Assembly (NCBI GenBank): GCA_054600435.1
Contig: BAAIJX010000044.1
Span: 62,001-126,000 of the forward strand
Source of the DNA: Neophaeotheca triangularis
Taxonomy: Eukaryota
Length of the DNA: 64,000 nucleotides
Direction: 5' to 3'
Part shown: in pieces, positions 46,750-60,163 of the stretch
How positions within the stretch are numbered: position 1 is the first letter of the stretch
Layout: each line of letters opens with the position of its first letter
Program-made: the position numbers and the translations under genes
The notes under the pieces: generated by a model
What the model saw: only the letters and a program-made list of their open reading frames with translations
What the model was told of the DNA's origin: nothing
Database searches by the model: none

Positions 46750-49700
46750 AGTCTACCGACGGCTGTGGGAACGAGAGAGACGAGAGATGCTTTACGGGAA
46801 GAAGCCCAGGCTTTTCTGTGACGATGCGAGTGGGGTGAGGATCTGCAGGTACTCTGTCGACTGGTCTTTTCATACGGCTAGATCGGCTCTTGAGGAGATT
46901 CCGAGAGACTGCAGCACGACGGTCCTGGCCTGTTGATTTTAAGAAATTCGAGTTGGTGATGTGTGCATGTCTAGTGCGAGAAGCAGGGGCTGGAGAATAT
47001 GTCACCCCTAGATCGCCTAGGAATAAAATCGTCGCGTCCCCCCTGGTTCCTTCTTTCTTCTTTCTCTTTTTGCGAAGATCGCCCGCAAAGCTTTTGGGAG
47101 ATACACCCCTCGTCGCTGCTTTATTCAGCCCCGTTTCGCCTGATCAATGAATTTGAGACGAGACATTATAGAAAGGATTGAACACCGGCTAAGCTTTCTT
47201 TCAGGTCGCCGACGACGAGGCCGGGTACTGCACCCGTCTTCTTGTCTTCGTCCTCGGTAATAGCCTCATTACACTTTTGCTTGTCGTTGCACGACGGCAG
47301 AGTGAGGCTTCTGGTCTTCGTCCCGGAAAATCCTGGGTCCGGCTAGTTTAGTAGCGTCAGGTAGTGCTTGGAAAGTTTCAAGAACCGACAGCTTTAAGGG
47401 TAACTTGGTGGTCCCAAACCCCGAGTAGCTCATCTCATGACAGCTGCCCATCAGCTATAAGAAGCCTGATGGTACCGCTGTCATTGCCGTAAGCACGCGA
47501 CCTAGCCCAAGAGAGCAGAACCTCCCGTTTCGCCGCTGCCACCTACTGCTCGCCGCGCCGCTGCTTCTGTTCAAAGAGGGATAGACCCTGACTTGGGTCG
47601 AGCGATAGCCGGGAGACGTTTTGCGTCGCTCGGAGGTGTTTGAGCGTTCGATTTCGCGGCATCGACGCCGCAATTCTGGGATTCATGTCCGGCGAGCGGG
47701 AAGTCAGGGGTTCGTTCTCGTGGAAGTCTTTGAGATTGTTGCTTCCATGGCATCCGGGAAAGACTACAGGCTGAGGTGAGGGGTCTAGTTGCTAGAGGCT
47801 TGGTTCGAAGAAGTGCAATCGTTCGAACTTCCTGAGGTCGGTTTATACTTCTCCAGCCCGGACTCGAAGTTGAATGAAACGCCACGTGTGAGAACCATTT
47901 TCCCATACGATACAAGAGTACTGTAGAGGCTCGGCAACTCTTTTTACTACTAGCGAGCAACATCAAGTAGAGCTTGAGGACCAAAATGTAGAGCACGCAA
48001 GCGGTTGTTTTTGCCAGCCTCCCTACCTTACACCTAATTTGGGGTGGTATCATCCCTTAGAGAGAGCTTCACAGCTCCCAAACGCCGGGGAAAGAGGTTT
48101 GACGTTCTGGTATCTCCAGCTTCGATTCTCTCGGCGCGAATGCGTTGATTAGATTAGTTGCGCTTGAAATGAGCAGGGCTTGGACGTGCGTAACCTGTAA
48201 TCACATGGAATACATCAACTTAATCTCGCTGGGAGAGTAAGCGGAGCCGGTAGTCGAAGATTGAGGAATGACGACGGCAACAGCGAGCCAGATTCTAGTC
48301 GACCTCGAAAGCCTTGAAACACCCCCCTCCCCCGCAGTATGTAGAGAGTCCAGCCATTTCAACCACAGGCTTTCCCATAGTACCTTGTCACCTCTCCGGT
48401 TCTAATAGTCGCGACGTCGATGTCGGACAACTAGTGTCAAGCGTTTGAATTATTATTCAAGGAGAGGAATCAGGATCTCCCAACTGCCCTAACCACAGCA
48501 TAGTCAGCATCACACGCACCGTCGACAGACTCGCCACAATGCTCTACGAGTGTCGCAGCGCGGTGATTCCCCTCAACCCCCTATTGTCCATGATGGTTGT
48601 CAATATCTCCATCGCATAGTCTACTAATAATCCGCACGTTAATACTCCTCCCATGCCCTAGTAACTTCGATTTAGGCTCTAGCACATAGCGCGGACGACT
48701 TTAAGTCGGGCGTACTAGGGTTACAGTGACAGCCCCTTCTTTTCGTCTGATCATGCAGGGTCCGCATCGGTCTCGAGGAAATCGTAGTGTTAGCGCTTCG
48801 GGTCGACATTCAGAAAGAAAAGATCCACTACATTTCCCGGGATACGAGGAAGCGCGGGGAGCTAGATGCTACGACTCTTAGTAGAAGATTACTGTTCCCT
48901 CGATACTGTTGTCTCGCCTCGTTGGCCTCGAGTCACTGCTACTAGATGACGAAGAAGGAGGACGGATAGGGGAAACATATAAGGAGAGGTAAGAGGCTAG
49001 GGAGAAGTTAGTTTCATGTAGGTAGGAGACAGACGCCGTAGTACGCCTAGCTTATTTATTGTGTAATGCCTAGGATATCTAGTAGTGACGCGTGTAAGAT
49101 GCGCTAAGCGCTTCTACGAGGCTGTATATAAGAGAGCCTCGTGGCCGCGGGTCGTACGATTGATATACCGGTCGCTCGAGTATGGGTCATGTCTCTCGCT
49201 CCGGAAACCCGTAGGTTTGGAATCTCTCTGTGCATTTCTTGAAGGAAGACGTAGAATTTGACGATTGAGAGTATAGCGTGGAGCGGAACAACGATATATA
49301 CCCCGTTTTAGATTGGTGGGCGTGCTCGTTGAAGCCAAGGAGAGATACCCTTACGGCCTCGAAGGGTTTGTCCACTTTGTCCACGGTAAAAACTACGTGA
49401 GCCTCACCAATGAATGAGTAGTGCGGAGCGGCAGCTGACTAGATGAATAGCATATTCAGATGTGATTGCACGGGCCTCTAGCGGCGCGAGGATAGAAGAT
49501 TGGAATTATATTAGGAGTCCGCTTGCCTAGAAGCACTCGGTTAAGATAGGGCGAAGAGCCGAAGCATGTAACGCGTCCGGGAGCTACGGGGCTGGCGCGG
49601 CGGACTTGTTGGGCGTTATGGGTTACCGGCGTAGTTGTCTCAAGAGCGAAACTTGCGGCTCTATGTGTGTTCGTGGAAGATCTAGATGCGCCGAGAGGTG

Positions 49701-50000
49701 ATGGAAGTTGAGTGGGGAGGTGGTCTGATATCCGTCCCTGGCCGAAACTTTTGTCTTTCGGCCATACACTTCTGGAGTGAACAGCGAACGAGACCCAGCC
49801 GCCGAAGACCGTAAGCACAGCACCGACGAATGCAAAAAAAACATGCAGTCCCGCTTAGGTCGCAAAACGCCTCAACCTACCTAACGACCGGCTTTCCACC
49901 CAGCGAATCTCAAATCACTTTATCCTCACCTCACCTTACTCTCTCCTCGATCTGAACAAGCACTCCCAATACTGCTACCTAGGACACGCCTATATTAGGC
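46750..50000 (-). pseudogene. Degenerate, partly RIP-mutated coding-like remnants of unknown origin
   Basis: TpA enrichment at 48.6-49.1 kb; interrupted protein-like frame near 47.8-48.1 kb (LHFGPQALLDVAR**KELPSLYSTLVSYGKMVLTRGVSFNFESGLEKYKP). Confidence 0.3.
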
Positions 50001-51948
50001 TCGGCAAAGCGCTGCGTCCCAAGTCATTCTCTAGCCGCAGATAGTAGACCACAAGCCGTGGTCCGTAACCCCCCGGTAACATGGCCGGCCACATAGCACG
50101 ACAGCTCGGGAGTGGTAGTTGCTAGTTGGCAATGGCTTGGTCCCCAATGCGGCTGCACGACTGACTCGCATGATTCCCGCCGCATGCATTGGTGGCGTTA
50201 AAGGCGTCAAACGTTTCCGGGAGGGAGACGCGGTCGGCCTGCCCGCAGCGGTGGCTTCGGGTCGGGAATGGTCTAGGGTAGAGCTATTAGTGTGGAATTC
50301 GTTATACACGCTGTGCGCCATTTGAAGATATAGCCAGGAATAAGGAGGGACGGATGGGGTGAAGTCGGCGGTGTCCGATCGGTAGGTGGTAGTCTATGAC
50401 CGGACGTCTAGCAGTACCTAGGTACCCACCTCAGTGATGAGAATGACCTTGCTTGGAAGACGGGAGACAGTTCGGCATCTACCTTACTGGTAGGCACTAG
50501 CACTGTAGATAATGGATAGGGCGACATAGGGTAAGTGTTTGTGCTGTCTTTGTCCCAATAGGGAAATCGCCAGAAAGGCAGGTCGGACGACATAGGTAGC
50601 TTGGCGTTGTTTGCCCGCGTCGGAAACTCTTGCTGCAGTCTCCGCCACCATTCCGGAGGCGACTACGACGACGACGACGACGACGACGACTACGAGGAGT
50701 ACGGCCGGGGTCCAAGACCTTTCGACACCACCACCAGCATGCCCTTTGTTATTATTACAAGTCATCATTGACTACCTCGCCATGTAACCCCCCTCCCCCC
50801 ACCCCCATCCCCCCGCTCCTCTGTACTCTCATCAGGCGGTGGAATACTTGGTGGCAAAAGGCGGCGACAGCATCAACTATGCCAAATCATCAAGGCATCA
50901 TCTCACCAGGGAGTCAGTACCAATTTACAGCCATACCACCAAAGACATGCAGGTGAGCACAATGATTGGCTGAAACGAGCGTCTTACTTCATGACGTGCA
51001 GCGGTTTTCGGAGTTCCGAAAACTGAAACTTCATCTCTCCTACAAAGTCCGGCACGCTAATCTGGAAGTTGCATACCCGACTGGACCTCACCCCTCCATC
51101 ATCCACTGCTGAGCCTCTCATCTGCTCTCGGATGCCGTTTCCTTTCTCTCCCCCATCACCTCTATCCGTCTCACATCGACTTTGCAGGTCGACTCGGGGA
51201 ATTTCCCACGGACTCTGCGTCTCATCAATTACAAGAATTCACGATCGTCTCCACAGAGTCTACATGAATCGCCCCAGACGACGAGCCCTAGGATCGAACC
51301 GAGTACTACCGTGGTCAAGATGACGCTTCATCCTAGGAGTATGCCTTGAGATCATTGGCTGTGGCGTTGATGTAAGTTGGTGTAAGTTGATGTCTTCTGC
51401 AACCACTCGCCTATTATTGTGAGAGGTATGTCGACTATGCAACATTCTCACTACTTTGACTCCCCTTCCCTTTTCACACCACATCAAATCTGCCGTGCCT
51501 GGAACGCACCATTCCCCCTCAACCCGGCACAGCATACGCGGCCACATAACTCTAGACAAAGAACGCCGGAAGGTCTTCTACACGACACATGCTGGATACC
51601 CTCACATCACTTTAGAACCTCGAATCCACCTCCTCCCTCGGATCGTCATTTTCATCGACATCCATCTTCCATCGGTCAAGCATAATCAAAGCCCTGACCG
51701 CTCGAAGCACTGTGATGCATGAGCCTTAAACAGCAAGTCCAAAGGCTTGTCAACGGTTTCCGGAGCTAGCAACATCCAAGATCCGGTAGCAGCCTCTCAC
51801 ATCATAAGTCGTCGTTTGCACATCTGCTAGCCCGCTAGACGCTCCCTCTTCCAAGAGTGCTACTCTTTCGCAGACTTGTCGCCTTTGACATTGTTAACCA
51901 GGCAGCGCTGGATCGCACGCCTGTCATCGTCAACAAATCCTCGTCAGC

Positions 51949-54900
51949 ATGGATGCCGCCCCTGCTGTACCTGCTCGCTCCATACCGACAGATATCAAGC
52001 GGTTTGACAGCTTCAGCAAGACGAGTTCTGACTGGGACGGCCTGAGACGGGTAAGTACGACGATAAACGTCTAACCGCGTGCCAAACAACACTAATACAT
52101 CTACAAAGGATTCCGAGCTTTGGCTCAACGGAGACTGCCCAGTGCACTTTTACGCCCACGGAGCCTCTCAAAGAGGACCCAGTCTTCGGGTTCCATCGTC
52201 GGTTGTTCAATCTTCGGGTTGTTCATACCTCCTCGAACAATGTATTCCAGCCTCACGACCAGAAAGTCCGGCGAGCAGTGCTGGAGACACCTCCGATAGT
52301 GGCTATGCCGGATCCGAATCAAGTCAGGCTGCCGGTAAAGCCTACGAGCTTTACATACCAGCACCAGCCGACTTGACACGAGAGCAGGCCTTTTCATATC
52401 ACCTAACTACCCGCAACTATTTTGCCCTTCTCACTTCCAAAGCCCTCGTCGGCGAGACCATCGGTGATGCACTCATTCGTCTTTTGGAACGGCTGAAAGC
52501 ATGGCATCAAACTTCACCGATTACAGCTCTCCACGACTACTGTGAAAGACTAGGTTATTCCGACTACGCCAACGAACCCTCATACGCCCTCGCCGCCCTC
52601 CGTTTGGCCGAACATATTCAACATCAGCCCCTCTGGACCGAAGCTTTCGCCCATAGTGTTGGCATGCACGATCGCCTCGATCTCAGCCCAGAATACGATC
52701 GCATCAGCAACCGCACAAGGGCCCTCATTTCCCGCGCATCGCTTGAAATGGATCTCCATATCGAACGTGTCATTCGAGCACTCGGAAGCTTCCTTGAAGA
52801 AGAGCTGGGTACAGAACATTTGGGTCTATCAAAACCGGCTCGAGACCACCTCGACCGCTTCCGCAGTTTTCTTCACACCTACTACGTCGACAAGTTAGGC
52901 TACTTCCCGCCGTCGTCCGAGAGCAGAACTTGGCAGGGTTCGGTGTGGAAGAGCATGACCAACGACTTCCAATCGCTGTACTCCTACCTCGTCGATTTCG
53001 AGTCGGAATCACACGTAACAACCGACGGCGGCGTATGCGTATTACAAAACGTCCGAGCTTTCGATGCAAGACACGGATATCATTCCCTCCAACACCCACT
53101 ACCGCTACTGCCGGCCTCCTTACCAAAGAAAACCTCCCCCGCCCGCTCCACCGATCACCCAAGCCGTCTCCGCAGTTTTCGCCTCAACAAAGCCACCCAA
53201 CAACCGCCTTCTCAAATCGAACTCCTCTTTCAAGCCACAAACCACTCCGATCAAGCCGTTCTCGCCAGCCCGCTAGTACAAGCATACAAGCACTTCGAAC
53301 GCCAGCTTCCCGAAGAGAAACTTTCCCCAGCGGAAGCCAGAAAGGTCCGCTGGCTACTTATCTACAGCTGTTTGCAAATGCTTCTGTCCATTACGCGCGC
53401 CCCACCGGAAGTCCGGGATCCTGAGAGAGCCGCGTATCCCCTTTGCGTGCTTGTTGAGTATTTTCCCGAAAGCGTCAAGGAAGATGGACGCCCGCAAACC
53501 GCTCGTTGGGAACCAGCACAAACGCCTCGAGCCGGGACGGCAGAAGTGCAACCCACCGACAGCGATGAAAACGAAAGTCGAACCCCAAAAGCAGCCACCA
53601 ACACTAACAACGACACCGAAAGCACCTCCGACCGCATCTCCATCCATCCCGACTGCGAAGCCCCTTCGGCCCACGAGTACTTCTCCCTCTCGCGGCGAGA
53701 ATCCCTGCTAACCACTTTCCCCACCAATACCACCTCAACCACTTCAACGCAAACGACAACAACAACCGCCACCCACCAAGCCAGCCTCTACGCCCCTCAA
53801 CCGCTCCGCCTCAACACCGCCACCAACACTTCCACTTCCAATCACCAACTTCACCGTATGCCGAGTCTACGACAAAGCGTTGGGAATATACAGCGTAGTG
53901 TCCTCGGCAGTCTGCGGAGAGGCAGCAGGAGCGCGGCTTCGAGTTTTTCGACCGCGGCTTCGGTTGTGGGAAGTTGGCCTGCGGATGCGGTGGATGAGAA
54001 GGTTACTCGGGCTGATAGTGTTGCTGGAAGTCTTGATGGAGGTTCTCGTGGAGGAGAACAAGGCGGCAGTGAAAGCCCGATAGAGTTTGGATTGGGAGTG
54101 AGAGGGAGTGGGTCAGAGGAAGGGCAAGAGGTCGCGCTGGAGAGGCTTGAGGGGTTTGGAGAGCGGGATGGAGGATTCGCGGGGTTTGATTTTGGGTGGG
54201 GGCCGTTGGCTTCTGCTGCGGAAGCAAGGGAGGTGGGGGATAGGGGTGATTGTGGAGAAGAGAAAGAGGATGAGAGGTGGGTTGAGCCTACTCTGCTGGC
54301 TGGGCAGCTTGATCTAGGTGTGGACGAATTTGGCAATCGTGCCTCGCCGGTCTCTGGCTGGGGGACTGCTGGAGACGACGACGACGAAGAGGACAACAGC
54401 CCAATCTCTGCATCAACGACAGGCGATAGTTTTGGCGATGGCGATGGCTCTTCTATCAGCGGGGGGTCGAGCACTGCTGCCAACTCCCCAGCTACGACGG
54501 TTTCGCTAGGGTATTGGAGCCGCGGTAACGCAAACGGCCTTCTAGCACCCTCTCTCTCATCGGTAACTTCCCTCGCCTCTCTCACGGAAGAAGAGGCCAG
54601 TTCACCCACAACGGAAACGGAGAATTCTAGAATCAACCGTCGCAACCGCAAACGAGCTGAACGCCTTGGTTTAGGCGTCACGACGAGTTGTCTGAGTTTG
54701 AGCGCTGGGGTGTACGAGCCTTCTTCCGCTGCTTCCGGCAGAGCTACACCCACGCCAACCGTAACTCCGGCATCAAAGTCAACTGCAACTTCGAAGCGAG
54801 ATTCACCGTTGTCTCAGTCGCAGCCAAATCTCCTGCCCCCCTCCACGAGCGAGAACCCCTCTCCTCCACTTACGGAGACCGCAGTGAAGAAGCCAAGTGG

Positions 54901-55312
54901 TGTTCAAACATACACACCCAGCGGCCTTGAATCGCAGGCTGTAGGCCACCAAGCGCAACCGAGTCAACCACCCGCATTCCGTCCCCCCACCTCTCGCTTC
55001 TCTACAGCAGGAAGCGGGGAAACCGAGTCCAAGGCCGACGAAGCTGGCCAAGCCCCTGCAAGATCCACGGCCGAGAATCCCGGCATCAGCGTTCGGCATC
55101 GGAGGCAGGCTTTGAAGAGTGCGAAGATTGAGAACGCTAGACTTGAGAAGCGTAGGGGGGAACGGCGGGAAGAAGAAGAAGTAGCTGAAGAAGTTCAAGC
55201 TTTTGAGACCAGGGGAGGACAGAGGAGGAGGGGTCGGAGGGATGATGAGTGGGTCTGGTACGGCGTGGGTGGTGGGGACGAACTGAGTCGGTGGCGGAGG
55301 GTTGGGGGCTGA
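51949..55312 (+). CDS. Conserved uncharacterised filamentous-fungal protein (DUF8004-like) with long low-complexity tail; exons 51949-52050 and 52109-55312
   Basis: Intron 52051-52108 (GTAAGT...ACTAAT...AAG) gives IKRFD...DWDGLRR|DSELW; ELYIPAP, HLTTRNYFA, LWTEAFAHSVGM, HLDRFRSFLH, EARKVRWLLIY and YPLC motifs; the true start may lie further upstream. Confidence 0.8.
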
Positions 55313-56662
55313 GAACGATTCATGGGGGAGCCCATCTCTCCTCTTTTCTCTTCTTCAACTTCAACTTTTTTGAGATTGGCGCTAAGAGCTCGGATCGGGG
55401 GCTGCGGGTTTGTTGCGGCGATGGATTGTGGCTATTTTTTTTTTCTTTTCCCCCTTTCGGCTGAGTCGAGGGAGGAGACTGGTCGTCGAGTTGAGATTGA
55501 GCTTGCGTGGGCGGGCCTTTTTTTTTTTTTTTTTAATTTGACAAGGCTTCTCGCTAGTCTAGTTTTGTCGGGAAGCGTCTTATATGTAGTGTAGATATAC
55601 CCTTTGTCTTAGTATGGTATGGTTCTGTCGATGCTTTTTCGGCCGCCGCTTGCCTCTTTTCTAACATGTATGTAATAATCCATACTTTGATTTACTTGTG
55701 CTGTACCTACCTAGGTAGATAGATACCTACATACTGTAGGATGTAAGTAAGGTCGGGTAAGGTAAGGAAGGTACTGTGGTTTTATTGATGCCTGAGGCAT
55801 GCATTTCTCCGTCTCGGCCAAGACCGGACGAAGCCACCTTCGGTCGCATAGCTCGGTACATATGAGGGAGTGTGCCACTGGTTGTGGTTGCACCAGCTTA
55901 TTCATCGACCCATCGACGCCCTAAAACCCGCAGTACTAATGTATTCTACACGTGTGATTTCATAGACCCCACCTACACCTCGCGATCCCCCCCGCCCCCC
56001 GTGTGGACCCCGTCCCCACTTGTAGCTTGCGCATGGCTTGGCTGTGGAGATGTACCCCTCATTGTCTACTAATAGGCACTGTAACGACCTAGACATCGGC
56101 AGAGTAGGTACCGAAGTCGATGGCTCAATCCCAACTGTAAAGGTGTGGCCCGGTCGGGAGTCAAGCGATCATTTATGGGCTTTCGGTCGAGCATTCGCCT
56201 GTGCGTTCCGGATCGAGTATGGTTGTCTATGACTTACCTTGGACCTACTGGGTACCTTACCTACAACTTACCTTAGACCTACTGGGTACCTTACGTACCT
56301 TTGTCGCGAGAAAAGCCACGCGCCCTATAGTGGAGCTTTGCGGTGCTTGTACTCTCTTAAGGTTCTCTTCTAATGGAATTCTTAACTACTCGAGACTGGA
56401 CGGTTTAGGTAATATACTATAGCCGGTAATAATAAGGACTCGGCTATGTTGACACGTCCGCCGACAGATGCCCCGCTATCTACTAACCTACTACGGTAGT
56501 TATCCAATGCCCTGCCCGATCTAGCCTAGAGGTGAAGAATTCAAAGACTGCCCTGTTACATGTACAGTACTCCTATAAAGAGCCGCACCCGCCCGGGACA
56601 TGGGACTAGCTAATTACTGAGACTACTCCTCAACTCAACCTGCCCCCCAGCAAACATCCATC

Positions 56663-58534
56663 ATGTTTGGTCGAAACCTCGTTTGGTTCGCTCCCCTAGT
56701 GGCAGCCCAGCAAGTATATCTCGAGACCAATGGATCGACCCCTCGACCACAGTGTTCCGATTGTACTACTACTCAAGCCCATCCGGACTACACTTTCAAG
56801 CCTTTCGAGTATAGTTTGACAACGACGCTACGATACGCCACTCCTCGCCCCTCGCCCACTACCACTACAACCTACGCCCCTCCACCAGACTAATTGACCA
56901 CTCTCTTGCCCTCTCTCTCCTACACCAACTGGGGCAAATGGCAGCCTGAGCTCAATCAAACCGCAACCGACAACAACGACCCTTACGGTAGAGCCGCTTG
57001 GACTGCGCAATGGCAATCGGCAAACCCGCCCAACTTTACACAAGTCACCAGCAGCGCTCTCTTCAGCGCCACCGTCGAACCAACCCCCGTCCCGAGCGAG
57101 AGTCTCGTCCTCCCTCCCAGTGACTACTTTGGTCCCCAAGACTGTTACAACTGGCCTGAAGGCTTCGATTGGGGAGTAGCCAGCTCTGCTTCTCAAATCG
57201 AGGGAGCCACAGCAGAACAAGGCAAGGCTCCCTCTTTGATGGATGTCCTAATCCAAGACGACCGACCCAAGGACTATGTCACCAACGAGCATTACTACTA
57301 CTATAAGCAAGACATCAACCGTGTTGCAGCTATGGGTGTGAAAGCATTCTCCTTTAGCATTGCCTGGACACGGATCTTACCCTTCGCCCTTCCCGGCACC
57401 CCAGTCAATGAAGAAGCCATCCGCCATTATGACGACGTCATCAACTACATCATTGAAAAGGGCATGAGGCCTGAAGTTACGCTGTTGCACTTTGACACGC
57501 CGCTTCAATTCTACGACTTCAACGTCACTGCCGCCCTTTCCGCGCCAGAAATCGGCTACAACAATGGCGGCTATCAAAACGAGACTTTCCCAGACGCCTT
57601 TGTAAATTACGCCAAGATTGTCATGTCCCACTATGCCGACCGGGTACCAATTTGGTACACCTATAACGAACCGCTCCTTTACTCCACCAACGGGCAGTCC
57701 ATCTACAACGTCATCAAGTCGCACGCCCAAGTCTACCGCTTCTACAAGGACCAACTCAAAGGCACGGGAAGGATAGCACTCAAATTCAACAACAACTTCG
57801 GCGTTCCCCGCGACCCAACCAACGAAGCAGACGTATACGCCGCCGACCACTTCAATTCCTTCCAACTCGGCCCCTTTTGCAACCCCATTTTTCTCGGCCA
57901 AGACTACCCGGAATCCTACAAAATGACCATCCCCGACTACATCCCCCTCTCCGCCGCCGACCTCGCCTACATCAACGGCACCGCCGACTTCCTCGGCATA
58001 GACCCCTACACAGCCACCGTCATCACACCACCAACCGCCAACAACACCACCAGCATCCACGCCTGCGCCGCCAACCCCTCCTCCTCAGACCGCCCCTACT
58101 GCGTCAACCAAACCTCAACCGACGTCCACGGCTGGAACATCGGCTACCGCAGCCAAAGCTACGTCTACACAACCCCGACCTACCTGCGCCTCTACCTCTC
58201 CTACCTGCACACCACCTGGCGCCACCCAATCGCCCTCACCGAATTCGGCTTCCCAGTCTTCGGCGAAGCCTCCAAATCCTCCCTCCCCGACCAACTCCTC
58301 GACTCACCACGTAGCCAATACTACCTCTCCTTCCTCTCGGAGACGCTCAAAGCGATCTGGCAAGACGGCGTCGAGGTCTCCGGCGCTTACGCTTGGAGTT
58401 TCGCCGATAATTGGGAATTCGGCGATTATGAGCAGCATTTTGGCATTCAGACTGTTAACCGGACTACGCAGGAACGGGCGTTTAAGAAGAGCTTTTTTGA
58501 TTTTGTTGACTTTTTTAAGGCTAGGGGGGCGTAG
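56663..58534 (+). pseudogene. Secreted GH1 beta-glucosidase with a single in-frame TAA at 56891-56893
   Basis: ORFs 56663-56893 and 56894-58534 are contiguous in one frame; signal peptide, SASQIEGA, FSIAWTRILP, TLLHFDTP, TYNEP (acid/base), LTEFG (nucleophile) and WSFADNWEFG are intact. Confidence 0.85.
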
Positions 58535-58754
58535 GGTGCGGGGGTTGTAGTGGGTGTCGTCTAGTCTTGAAAGGGGGGGAAGCTTGCGGTTTTTAAGGGA
58601 TGAAAAATGTCCTCCTAGGCGTGTAGGTTTTTATTCCTTCTATCTCGCAAGCCGAGCACGGGGATCCTTTTACTGCTTTATAGCTTCTTATAAATACTCC
58701 TACGCTTGAATATTTCTCCTAAAAGGCGGTTTTCACTATAGAAGACTCGCGGTT

Positions 58755-60160
58755 AGAAGGTTTAGGCTTGAAGGATTCGGACTTGAAGGATTCGGACTTG
58801 AAGGATTTGGACTTGAAGGATTTATCAGACTTAAATAATTCAGACTTAAAGGATTTAGACTTACAGGATTTATACTTAGGATTCGGACTTAAAGGATACG
58901 GACTTTGTAGATTTAGACTTAAAGGATTTAGACTAGAAGGATTTAGAATTGAAGGATACAGACTTAAAGGATTTAGACTTAAAGGATTTAGGCTTAAAGG
59001 ATTTAGACTTAAAGGATATAGACTTAAAGGATTTAGGCTTAAAGGATTTAGACTTAAAGGATTTAGGCTTAAAGGATTTAGGCTTAAAGGATTTAGACTT
59101 AAAGGATTTAGACTTAGGATTTAGACTTAAAGGATTTAGTCTTAAAGGATTTAGACTTAAAGGATTTAGCCTTAAAGGATCGGACTCAAAGGATTTAGAA
59201 TTGAAGGATATAGACTTAAGGGATTTAGACTAGAAGGATTTAGAATTAAAGGATACGGACTTAAAGGATTTAGAATTAAAGGATTTAGAATTAAAGGATT
59301 TAGATTTTAAGGATTAATATAGACTTGAAGGATTTATCGGACTTAAATAATTCAGACTTAAAGGATTTAGACTTAAAGGATTTAGACTTAAAGGATTTAG
59401 ACTTAAAGGATTTAGGCTTAAAGGATTTAGGCTTAAAGGATTTAGGCTTAAAGGATTTAGGCTTAAAGGATTTAGACTTGAAGGATTTAGGCTTAAAGGA
59501 TTTAGAATTAAAGGATTTAGACTAGAAGGATTTAGAATTAAAGGATTAAGACTTAAAGGATTCAGGCTTAAAGGATTCAGAATTAAAGGATATAAACTTA
59601 AGGGATTTAGACTTAAAGGATTTAGACTTAAAGGATTTAGGCTTAAAGGATTTAGGCTTAAAGGATTTAGAATTAAAGGATTTAGACTAGAAGGATTTAG
59701 ACTTAAAGGATTTATCGGACTTAAATGATTTAGACTAGAAGGATTTAGACTTAAAGGATATAGACTTAAAGGATATAGACTTAAAGGATTTAGACTTAAA
59801 GGATTTAGACTTAAAGGATTTAGACTTAAAGGATATAGACTTAAAGGATTTAGGCTTAAAGGATTTAGGCTTAAAGGATTTAGAATTAAAGGATTTAGGC
59901 TTAAAGGATTTAGGCTTAAAGGATACGGACTTAAATGATACAGACTTAAAGGATTTAGACTTAAAGGATTTAGGCTTAAAGGATTTAGAATTAAAGGATT
60001 TATCGGACTTAAAGAATATAGACTTAAAGGATTTAGGCTTAAAGGATTCAGGCTTAAAGGATTCAGAATTGAAGGATATAGACTTAAGGGATTTAGACTT
60101 AAAGGATATAGACTTAAAGGATTTAGAATTAAAGGATTTAGGCTTAAAGGATTTAGACTT
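58755..60160. repeat. 1.4-kb satellite of 15-bp units (GACTTAAAGGATTTA), RIP-mutated
   Basis: Roughly 90 consecutive monomers by length; variants are mostly G/A and C/T transitions. Confidence 0.97.
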
Positions 60161-60163
60161 TAT

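Noticed and set aside
56809..56944. Intron that would remove the GH1 stop codon
   Set aside because: The candidate GT donor and AG acceptors (56888, 56944) give frameshifts and would delete sequence that looks conserved in this family
58768..59525. ORFs encoding (KDLDL)n or (KGFRL)n proteins
   Set aside because: These are translations of the 15-bp satellite with non-ATG starts and scattered stops
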